In this document: piece by piece, positions 6,855-13,560 of the stretch
Layout: each line of letters starts with the position of its first letter
Position numbering within the stretch: position 1 is the stretch's first letter
Source: Candidatus Endomicrobium neocapritermitis
GTDB lineage: Bacteria; Elusimicrobiota; Endomicrobiia; Endomicrobiales; Endomicrobiaceae
Reading direction: 5' to 3'
Assembly: GCA_009778325.1 (NCBI GenBank)
Contig: WRJZ01000032.1
Location: forward strand, 21,933-45,932
DNA length: 24,000 nt
Notes under the pieces: model-generated
Seen by the model: the letters and a program-made list of their open reading frames with translations, nothing else
What the model was told of the DNA's origin: nothing
Databases searched by the model: none
Program-made: the position numbers and the translations under genes

Positions 6855-8021
6855 TTAAGCATATATGCTGCTGCCCCACGGTTTTTTGAAATACAAGGCC
6901 GCGCCCTGTCCGCCAAAACCGAAAGACAAAGAAAGCGCGGAAAGCACTGTTTTTTTCTGCGGTTTATTCGGCGCATAATTTAAGCCGAAAGGAATATCTG
7001 TTTCTTTAAAATTAATTGTCGGGGGAACAATATTATCTTTCATTGCAAGTATTGAAAATACCGCGCCGGCAATTCCGGAAACGCCGAGCAAATGCCCTGT
7101 TGAGCCTTTTGTAGAAGACACTAAAGGCAGTGAGGAATTGATATTTTCTTTGTCGTTCATTCGTAATTCGTAATTCGTAATTTGTAATTGCCGTTTAACC
7201 GCTTCGCTTTCGTAAAAATCGTTTATTTTTGTGCCGGTTCCGTGCATATGTATATAATCGGGGATTTCGTTTTTGACGGCTTGTTTTATTATGCGTTCCA
7301 TTCCAAACGGCGAATTTACCGAAAACGCATTATCGCTGAAAACGCCGTTTGAAAAACCGGAAATTTCACAGTAAATTTTTGCTCCGCGAAGCACTGCTTT
7401 TTTTATATTTTCAACAACAATAAAACCCGATCCTTCGCCGACCGCAAAACCGTCGCGGTCTTTATCAAAAGGACGAACGCCCTGCTTTGAAAGCACTCCC
7501 ATATTTTTAAACGCTGAAATGTAAAGAGGATGAATTGTTGTTTCGGAAGAACCACAAATTACCGCGTCGCAAATATCGTCTTCAATCATGCGGCAGCCCT
7601 GAATTATGTTTAACGCGCCGGTCGCGCATGCCGCTGAAACGGAATGGACTGCCCCTTGAATATTTAAAACTTTTTGCAGTTGTTGCGGAAATTCGTTTTC
7701 AAGAGAAAAGTTTTTAATAAAAATATTCTGCTTACTCTCGCCGCACGCAAGGCCTATGCGGTCAGGCCGGTAGCCGGAATCTTTAATATTCGCTTCAGCC
7801 AAAGCTTCATTTGCCGCAATAAAAGCCATGCCAAGCTGCCGGAGTTTTTCATCAAAATCAAACCCGCTCACACGCGCGATAAAAGCTTCGTTTGATATTT
7901 CATAACGAACAGCGCTTTCACTGTTAAGCAGCCTGTGCCAGTTTATTTCTTTGCCTGTGCCGAGAGGCGTTACAAGACCGATACCTGTTACGGCAAATTT
8001 AATTTTTGCGATGTCATTCAT
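6855..8021 (-). CDS. beta-ketoacyl-ACP synthase, KAS I/II (FabB/FabF) type, bio-operon paralog
   Basis: 388-aa thiolase-fold condensing enzyme with a Cys-His-His triad: SAACATGALN, HMHGTGT and STKGSTGHLLG. It carries an extra segment (QITNYELRMNDKEN) just before the VSSTKG block, and that segment is encoded by a 7-nt tandem repeat. Confidence 0.85.
   Translation of the reverse strand: MNDIAKIKFAVTGIGLVTPLGTGKEINWHRLLNSESAVRYEISNEAFIARVSGFDFDEKLRQLGMAFIAANEALAEANIKDSGYRPDRIGLACGESKQNIFIKNFSLENEFPQQLQKVLNIQGAVHSVSAACATGALNIIQGCRMIEDDICDAVICGSSETTIHPLYISAFKNMGVLSKQGVRPFDKDRDGFAVGEGSGFIVVENIKKAVLRGAKIYCEISGFSNGVFSDNAFSVNSPFGMERIIKQAVKNEIPDYIHMHGTGTKINDFYESEAVKRQLQITNYELRMNDKENINSSLPLVSSTKGSTGHLLGVSGIAGAVFSILAMKDNIVPPTINFKETDIPFGLNYAPNKPQKKTVLSALSLSFGFGGQGAALYFKKPWGSSIYA
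7161..7188. repeat. heptanucleotide tandem repeat (tcgtaat x3 + ttgtaat) inside the KAS coding sequence
   Basis: It reads directly as four consecutive 7-nt units. It encodes ..QITNYELR.. of the KAS. Confidence 0.85.
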
Positions 8022-8039
8022 TTGTCAAGTTCCAAATTT

Positions 8040-8066
8040 AATTCGTCAGCAGGTCGCTGACGAATT
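8040..8066. repeat. perfect 11-bp-stem hairpin (AATTCGTCAGC-aggtc-GCTGACGAATT) between the orphan gene and the KAS gene
   Basis: It reads directly. It lies 19 nt upstream of the KAS ATG (8021) and 51 nt downstream of the orphan gene stop. No U-tract follows on the minus strand. Confidence 0.75.
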
Positions 8067-8116
8067 GTATAATCTTGTTTATAAAATTGATAAAAACATT
8101 TACAATACTTCAAATT

Positions 8117-9427
8117 CTAATTCTTCACCAAGCTGGTGAATAATTTGTTGTTATTTCTATAATATTTTTCAAAGATTTTAATATATGTCTTTTGTCCGCA
8201 TATTTTAAAGCCGTTAAGTAATTTTTCTGCGGAATTATAACAAACATTTTGCAATACATATCCTACGCTATCTCTAACAGGATAGTTTAGCCATCTTTTA
8301 TAAATTTTTTCCAATACTTCGCAATAATTTCCAGTTTTCCATATTTCAACAAAAGATAGGAGCATGGCAAGTTCTTGTTTTTTTGCAGACATTATGAATT
8401 TATTACCTTCTGTTTGAAATTGCATTTCCAGTTGTTCTCTTATTTTTTGATTTTCTTGAGTATTCTTTTTAGGATCATCAAACTTTGTCTCCCCTTTTAT
8501 AATTGCCATAGGCTTCAGAATGTGAATTTGTTCGGATATTTTTATCAGTTCAACAAGTTTTCGTATTGTTTTATTTCTAATATGTTTAAACTTATTTTCT
8601 ATACCGATATTTAATGAAAAAGCTCTATGAGTTTTTATTTTGTTTATAGCATCCGAACATTGATTGCTTGATAGTTTATATTTTTTACAAATTTTTACTT
8701 TTTCGATTTTGAATTTATTAGAAGTTACAGGCGGCAACTGTTTTGAAATTTTTTCTAATTGTGTTCTTGATAGTTGTTCGGTAAATGTTTTTGTTGCATA
8801 ATCTGCACAAAGCTTATCGCAAAAATAATCGTAATATTCTAATTGTTTGATCAATTTTTCATATTTCTTATAAAAAATGCCAATATCCATTAATTTTTTA
8901 TCTGGAAGATTGATATCTTGCTGATTCTTTTTATATGTATATCTAAAAGCAGTTGGTATATCATCAAAATAGTAATCTCTAATTAGAGAGTCAAAGTATT
9001 TCAGTTCGGAAACAAATACCTTTTTACAATCCGGATCAACTTTTTGTAAAGATAGAAAATCATTTTTTAACTTTTTAATATTGTGATAGCTTAAGTTTTT
9101 CTTTATATTTGTGTATGAAGCGTCTTCTTCTTTTTTCATTTTATATATCCATAGCAATTGTTTAATGATTACCTTTAAGTATAACTCTATTGAATGCCTG
9201 CAACAATAAAACATAGGGTACACTGCTACATCAACAAAAATTTTATCTGACAATATCCCTTCATAAATAAGATGAGCCGATTTTTTAAAACCCTCTGCTA
9301 TATAAGTATCTCTGTGTTCACGAATTGTACCCGAATTATCCCCAATACAAGCATTGAATTCCATTCCGCTGATAAAGTTTTTGAAAGGATTTAATTTCGC
9401 GATATTTTTTGACTTAATTTCAGACAT
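8117..9427 (-). CDS. hypothetical 436-aa protein (orphan; helical, Lys/Ile/Asn-rich)
   Basis: 436 uninterrupted codons in DNA of roughly 25-30 percent GC. An AGGAAG RBS lies about 5 nt upstream of ATG 9427. The gene starts 23 nt downstream of the yhcG-like stop on the same strand. I cannot assign any catalytic motif with confidence. Confidence 0.6.
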   Translation of the reverse strand: MSEIKSKNIAKLNPFKNFISGMEFNACIGDNSGTIREHRDTYIAEGFKKSAHLIYEGILSDKIFVDVAVYPMFYCCRHSIELYLKVIIKQLLWIYKMKKEEDASYTNIKKNLSYHNIKKLKNDFLSLQKVDPDCKKVFVSELKYFDSLIRDYYFDDIPTAFRYTYKKNQQDINLPDKKLMDIGIFYKKYEKLIKQLEYYDYFCDKLCADYATKTFTEQLSRTQLEKISKQLPPVTSNKFKIEKVKICKKYKLSSNQCSDAINKIKTHRAFSLNIGIENKFKHIRNKTIRKLVELIKISEQIHILKPMAIIKGETKFDDPKKNTQENQKIREQLEMQFQTEGNKFIMSAKKQELAMLLSFVEIWKTGNYCEVLEKIYKRWLNYPVRDSVGYVLQNVCYNSAEKLLNGFKICGQKTYIKIFEKYYRNNNKLFTSLVKN

Positions 9428-9450
9428 AAAAACTTCCTTTTAATTCACTT

Positions 9451-10506
9451 TTAACTTCTTCCCGCCAGCTTTGCCTGCGCTATTTCTACGGCTTTGCGGA
9501 ATTTTTTGACAAGCATTTTTTGTTCAAGCGGTTTTAACAGATATTGCGCGACTTTTATATTGCTTTTGTCTAATTGCAGCAGTTCTATATGCTCTTTGTT
9601 TTTGCCTGTGCATAAAATTAAACCTATCGGGGCGTTCTCGCCTTCGCGGACTTCATACTTTTCAAGATAACGCAGATATAATTCCATTTGCCCTTTATAT
9701 TCCGCCTTAAAATTTCCTATTTTTAATTCTATAACCACAAGAGATTTTAATCTGCGGTGATAAAATAGCAAATCTATATAATAATCCTCATTATCTATTG
9801 TTATTCTTTTCTGGCGGGAAAGAAAAGCGAAGTCGCTTCCGAATTCAACTATAAAATTTTGAAGTTCTGCAAGTATCGCCGTTTCAACGTCTTTTTCTGA
9901 ATATTTATCCGACAGGCCGAGAAAGCCGAGAAAATACGGATCTCTAAAAACTAAATCCGGAGAGAGTTTCTTTTCATTTTTTAAAAGCGCTAAATCTTGT
10001 TTTATGGTTTCTTGCGGCTTTTTGCTTATAGCCGTGCGTTCGAAAAGCATAGATTGAATGCGTTCGCGCAAAGTTCTAACGCTCCATTTTTCGTGTATCC
10101 CCATTTGTATATAAAACTCGCGTTTAAGAGATTCTTCTATCGGAAGTATCGCTATGATATGAGTCCAACTTAATTGTCGTATCAGCGATACGACAATTCG
10201 CTCATCAGGAAATACTTTTGCAAATTGTATCATTCTTCTGATATTTTTTTCCGAAAAAGATTCGCCGTATTCCGTTTCTAATTTCCTGCTCAAATCTATT
10301 ATTGTCCGCTTGCCGTATTGCGCTCTTGAGTCTTTAAGGATTTCTTTGTTTATGCGAATGCCTATATTCCAATATAAAATTGAAATAGCCGCGTTTACGG
10401 CAGCAGCGACATTTTGCCTGCTTTGCTCTATCAACAACTTTATGTCGGAATAAAGTTTAGTTGACTCTTTTTTTAAATTTTTTGCGTTTTTTACGGATTT
10501 AATCAT
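9451..10506 (-). CDS. YhcG-like PDDEXK nuclease (DUF1016 family)
   Basis: The N-terminal helical region (ILYWNIGIRINKEIL..AQYGKRTIIDLSRKL) and the C-terminal PD-(D/E)xK core (YYIDLLFYHRRLKSLVVIELKIGNFK) are typical of DUF1016/YhcG. ATG 10506 is preceded by AGGAGA. The track start at 10524 is an upstream TTG. Confidence 0.85.
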   Translation of the reverse strand: MIKSVKNAKNLKKESTKLYSDIKLLIEQSRQNVAAAVNAAISILYWNIGIRINKEILKDSRAQYGKRTIIDLSRKLETEYGESFSEKNIRRMIQFAKVFPDERIVVSLIRQLSWTHIIAILPIEESLKREFYIQMGIHEKWSVRTLRERIQSMLFERTAISKKPQETIKQDLALLKNEKKLSPDLVFRDPYFLGFLGLSDKYSEKDVETAILAELQNFIVEFGSDFAFLSRQKRITIDNEDYYIDLLFYHRRLKSLVVIELKIGNFKAEYKGQMELYLRYLEKYEVREGENAPIGLILCTGKNKEHIELLQLDKSNIKVAQYLLKPLEQKMLVKKFRKAVEIAQAKLAGRS

Positions 10507-10536
10507 TGTTTCTCCTGACAGCAAGAATTTTGAATA

Positions 10537-10565
10537 ATTGTAATTAACAAATCAGGAAAAGTCAA
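10537..10565 (-). promoter_or_regulatory. candidate promoter of the yhcG-like/orphan cassette (TTGACT-17 nt-TACAAT)
   Basis: On the minus strand the -35 is at 10560-10565 and the -10 at 10537-10542, with a 17-nt spacer. This is about 30 nt upstream of ATG 10506 and immediately downstream of the SDR stop (10600). Confidence 0.5.
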
Positions 10566-10599
10566 CTAATATATAAAATATAATTTACTTACAATAATA

Positions 10600-11295
10600 C
10601 TAAACAATCCTAGAATCAATATTAAATACTTGTCCGGAAATTGTTTTTGTGTTTGCTAAATAAAGCATAAAATCTAAAAGTTCTTTCATATCCGTAGTAG
10701 TGTTTAAAACGCTTTCCTGTTTTATGGCTTCCATATATTTATCTCCGGCGGATTGGCCAAGCGAAGTGAAATGAAATCCCGGCAAAACAGCGTTTACGGT
10801 TATGCCGAAACGCCCCGCTTCTCTTGCGGCAGTTTTGGTTAAAGCGATAACCGCAGCTTTTGAAGCGGAATAACTTGCCGCACCTGCGTAAGATTTGTAT
10901 GCGGATATAGAAGCTATATTTATTATTGAACCGCTTTTTTGTTTTAACATAATATCAAGAGTTTCTTTAATGACATAAAATGTACCGTTAAGATTTGTTT
11001 GTATTACATCGTTCCAATTATCCGCCTGCTCTTTAAAAATTATTTTATTTTTGCCTATTGAAGCATTGTTGATCACGCAATCTATTTCCCCAAACTCACT
11101 TCGTGAGCTTGCTATTAACGACTTTGCTTCTGCCGGATTTGAAATATCGGCTTGAAAAAACTTTGAGTTTGGAATTTCATAATCAGGTTTATTTGTTTTA
11201 TAACAGCCGCAAACATTCCATCCGTTTTTAGAAAAATGCAAAGCAAGCTCTTTGCCTATTCCGCGTGATATTCCTGTGATTAACACTGTTTTCAT
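10600..11295 (-). CDS. short-chain dehydrogenase/reductase, FabG-like ketoreductase (bio-operon paralog)
   Basis: 231-aa ORF with TGISRGIG, NNAS and YSASKAA (YxxxK). The start overlaps the stop of the upstream Cys-rich ORF by 4 nt (ATGA). Confidence 0.8.
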   Translation of the reverse strand: MKTVLITGISRGIGKELALHFSKNGWNVCGCYKTNKPDYEIPNSKFFQADISNPAEAKSLIASSRSEFGEIDCVINNASIGKNKIIFKEQADNWNDVIQTNLNGTFYVIKETLDIMLKQKSGSIINIASISAYKSYAGAASYSASKAAVIALTKTAAREAGRFGITVNAVLPGFHFTSLGQSAGDKYMEAIKQESVLNTTTDMKELLDFMLYLANTKTISGQVFNIDSRIV

Positions 11296-11483
11296 TTTTC
11301 ACCAAACCTTTCTTTTAATTTTAAATAAAAATTTTGCAGGCTCTTATCTCCGCCATTGTCTAAAAATAAACAAAATGGCAAACTGTCAGTTTCTTTGTGC
11401 TTAATAACGCAAGCGCAGCATTTCCCGTAATTAACGCAAGATTTTTTAGGACAAGAACATTCTTTGACGTTTGGACAATTCAT
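11292..11483 (-). CDS. 63-aa cysteine-rich protein (8 Cys + 1 His in 40 residues; DUF6485-like, probable metal/Fe-S binding)
   Basis: The pattern is MNCPNVKECSCPKKSCVNYGKCCACVIKHKETDSLPFCLF, that is C-x5-C-x-C-x4-C-x5-CC-x-C-x3-H-x8-C. It starts 24 nt after bioB and is translationally coupled to the SDR. The resemblance to the DUF6485 family is from memory. Confidence 0.6.
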   Translation of the reverse strand: MNCPNVKECSCPKKSCVNYGKCCACVIKHKETDSLPFCLFLDNGGDKSLQNFYLKLKERFGEK

Positions 11484-11507
11484 AATTTTTCCTTTGGCGT
11501 TTTTGCT

Positions 11508-12464
11508 CTATTGGCACAGATCTGTTTCCAGCCCCAAATCTTTTATCATTTGAATATCCTTTTCAATATTTCTTCCATCGGTCGTAAGATAACCGCCGCT
11601 CATCATGCCGTTTGCTCCGGCTGCAAAAATCATTGACTGTAAATCACGCAAGTTTATTTCCCTGCCGCCGCAGATTATTATGTCCTGTTTTTGCAAAATC
11701 AGCCTGAAAATTGAAATAGTTTTTAAAATTTCAATGGCGCTTAGCGGCTCTGCCCCTTCTAATGCGGTGCCTTTAACCGGTATAAAAAAATTCATTGGTA
11801 CGCTTTCAACATCAAGCTCTTTTAAAGCAAACGCCAGTTCAACTCTGTCACGAAAAGACTCTCCTACTCCAAACAATCCGCCCGCGCAAATTTTGAACCC
11901 AAGAGCTTTTGCTCTTTTTATGGTTTCTGTTCTTTCGGCAAAAGTGTGGGTAGAACAAATTTTCGGGAAAAATTCCCCTGAAGTTTCTAAATTATGATGA
12001 ATTTTTTTTATGCCGACTTTTTTAAGTTTTAATAGAATTTCTTCAGACAGTCTGCCTATAGAAACGCTTAATTTTTCAACGTTTTTATAGTTTTTAAACA
12101 TTTCACAAAGCGAGTCTGCTTCTTCCTCATTTAAATAATTTCCGCTTGAAACTATACCGAAACAGGCTGCGCCTGCTGCAATTGCTTTGTTTGCGGATTC
12201 TTTAATATTATCTATGGAAACAAGCGGGTAAACTTTAACTTCGGTTTTATTAAAAGCTGACTGCGCGCAAAACTTGCAGTCTTCGCTGCACTGACCTGAT
12301 TTCGCATTGATAATTGAACAAATTTTTACTTTATCGCCTTTATACTTTTTACGGATTTTTGTTGCCGCGTAAAAGAGATCTTCAGCCTCTAAATTGAAAA
12401 GAAGCAAAGCTTCTTCTTTTGAAATTTCATTTCCGTTGATAGCGTTTTCCAATATTTTTTCCAT
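11508..12464 (-). CDS. bioB: biotin synthase (radical SAM)
   Basis: 318-aa ORF. It has the radical-SAM CxxxCxxC motif (CSEDCKFCAQS), the length and motif order of BioB (..FGIVSSG.., ..HNLETS.., ..CAGGLFGVGES..), and sits in a bio operon. Confidence 0.9.
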   Translation of the reverse strand: MEKILENAINGNEISKEEALLLFNLEAEDLFYAATKIRKKYKGDKVKICSIINAKSGQCSEDCKFCAQSAFNKTEVKVYPLVSIDNIKESANKAIAAGAACFGIVSSGNYLNEEEADSLCEMFKNYKNVEKLSVSIGRLSEEILLKLKKVGIKKIHHNLETSGEFFPKICSTHTFAERTETIKRAKALGFKICAGGLFGVGESFRDRVELAFALKELDVESVPMNFFIPVKGTALEGAEPLSAIEILKTISIFRLILQKQDIIICGGREINLRDLQSMIFAAGANGMMSGGYLTTDGRNIEKDIQMIKDLGLETDLCQ

Positions 12465-12497
12465 TATCCAATCCTAAAAACACACTCTAATTTCAGT

Positions 12498-12526
12498 ATT
12501 TTATCGTATTTTGATTTATACGTCAA
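12498..12526 (-). promoter_or_regulatory. candidate sigma70-type promoter of the bioB operon (TTGACG-17 nt-TAAAAT)
   Basis: On the minus strand the -35 TTGACG is at 12521-12526 and the -10 TAAAAT at 12498-12503, with a 17-nt spacer. This is about 35 nt upstream of the bioB ATG at 12464. Confidence 0.5.
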
Positions 12527-12555
12527 CCTGAATGATAAAACAGTGTAGTTGACGC
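12520..12555. promoter_or_regulatory. inverted repeat ACGTCAACC-N18-AGTTGACGC overlapping the bioB -35 (candidate BirA-type operator)
   Basis: The half sites cGTCAACC and aGTTGACg resemble the TGT(A/T)AACC..GGTT(A/T)ACA BirA box. The spacer is 18 nt, longer than the 14-16 nt I recall for BirA boxes. Confidence 0.35.
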
Positions 12556-12574
12556 ACATATCTTAAAGATATAG

Positions 12575-12614
12575 AAAAACCCCTTTATGCTATTATTTCA
12601 TAGAGGGGTTTTTT
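12575..12614 (-). terminator. rho-independent terminator after arsM (bidirectional architecture)
   Basis: The sequence is AAAAA-CCCCTTTATG-(9-nt loop)-CATAGAGGGG-TTTTTT. The stem is 10 bp with one G-U pair and is flanked by an A-run and a T-run. It lies directly after the arsM stop (12620) and before the bioB promoter. Confidence 0.7.
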
Positions 12615-12619
12615 ATATT

Positions 12620-13429
12620 CTATTTTTCAGCATACACCGTTATGCTTATTATGTTCGGGCTTTTCTTATACTCCGCAATTTCATTGTCATTTAAAAGATT
12701 TTTTAACTCTTCATCCGGAATCATTACATATTTTTCTTTTTGTATTGTTATATTTTTAAAGCCTGCCTCTTTGATATGTTTTAAATATATATCTTTTTTG
12801 ACTGCGCCGGAAATACAGCCCGCGTACATTTCGGCCGCTGATTTTATTCTTTCAGGCAAATTCCTTTTTAAAACGATGTCCGAGATACTGAAATGTCCGC
12901 CGGGTTTTAATACTCTGTATATTTCTTTGAAAACAGCTTTTTTGTTCGGGACAAGATTTAATACGCAATTGCTGACAACAACATCGGCCGAATTTGAGCT
13001 GATAGGCATTTTTTCTATATCGCCCTGAATAAACTCGACATTTTTAAAACCGAGTTTTTTAACATTCTTTCTTGCTCTTTTAATCATCTCCGGAGTAAAA
13101 TCTATACCGATAACTTTTCCGTTTTCTCCGGCTTCCTCTCTGGCGACAAAACAATCGTTTCCCGCGCCGCTGCCAAGGTCAACAACGGTATCGCCTTTTT
13201 TTATTTTTGCAAAATTTGTCGGAAGGCCGCAGCCGAGCCCTAAATCAGCTTAGGAATTATAACCGCTTAGGCCGTTGTAACTTTCAAGCATAAAATTATC
13301 AATGCCGCCGCACCCGCAGCCGGAACTATAACAGGAATTATCTCTTTTTTTATTGACGGCGGCAATTTTGCCGTACGTTTCTTTTACAATATTTTTTAAT
13401 TTAACTTCACTGTCTTTATTTTTCACCAT
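12620..13429 (-). pseudogene. arsM: arsenite S-adenosylmethionine methyltransferase interrupted by one in-frame TAA
   Basis: Minus-strand reading from ATG 13429 gives [85 protein letters not shown].., and this continues in frame into track ORF 12620-13087. ArsM-type motifs are present: an N-terminal Cys cluster, ADLGLGCG, the SAM-binding DLGSGAG, and VVSNCVLNLVP. The stop is at 13250-13252. Confidence 0.7.
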
Positions 13430-13450
13430 AAAGCTCTCCTTTTTTAGAAG

Positions 13451-13559
13451 CTCAGCAGCTCAGCAGCTCGGCAGCTCAGAAGCCCGGAGAAGCTTTGGTC
13501 GTTTTTATCTTTGTTTTTGCCGCCGCCGAGCTTCTGAGCTGCCGAACTTCTGCCGTTCT
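13451..13559. repeat. 8-nt tandem repeat (ctcagcag x2, ctcggcag, ctcagaag) plus 16-bp perfect inverted repeat
   Basis: The tandem tract is at 13451-13482. The inverted-repeat arms are tcggcagctcagaagc (13468-13483) and gcttctgagctgccga (13530-13545). The tail at 13545-13559 is identical to 37-51. It lies between the arsR stop and the arsM start. Confidence 0.8.
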
Positions 13560-13560
13560 C

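Noticed and set aside
8100-8107. TTACAATA at 8100-8107 and 10589-10596 as a target-site duplication flanking the AT-rich cassette
   Set aside because: A chance 8-nt match between two ~80-nt AT-rich flanks is not unlikely. By rough estimate it is expected on the order of a few tenths of an occurrence. No terminal inverted repeats or integrase support it.
8117-9427. Calling the 436-aa protein a HEPN RNase
   Set aside because: Only a loose helical pattern is present and no R-x(4-6)-H motif was found. The idea is kept as a hypothesis in the findings rather than as an annotation.
11605-11997. Long antisense ORFs inside confident genes (also 3507-3965, 5535-5834, 12642-13028, 17480-17818, 22904-23251 and others in the track)
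   Set aside because: Each lies fully within a motif-supported gene on the opposite strand and translates to low-complexity or hydrophobic sequence with no motifs. These are typical shadow ORFs.
13250-13252. Programmed recoding (selenocysteine or pyrrolysine) at the in-frame stop of arsM
   Set aside because: The codon is TAA. Sec uses TGA and Pyl uses TAG. TAA is also used as a normal stop by neighbouring genes such as fabG (2503) and arsR (13561).
13451-13482. Short-period tandem repeats considered as a possible CRISPR or other array
   Set aside because: The units are only 7-8 nt with no spacers, and no cas genes are in the window. There is no CRISPR array anywhere in the 24 kb.
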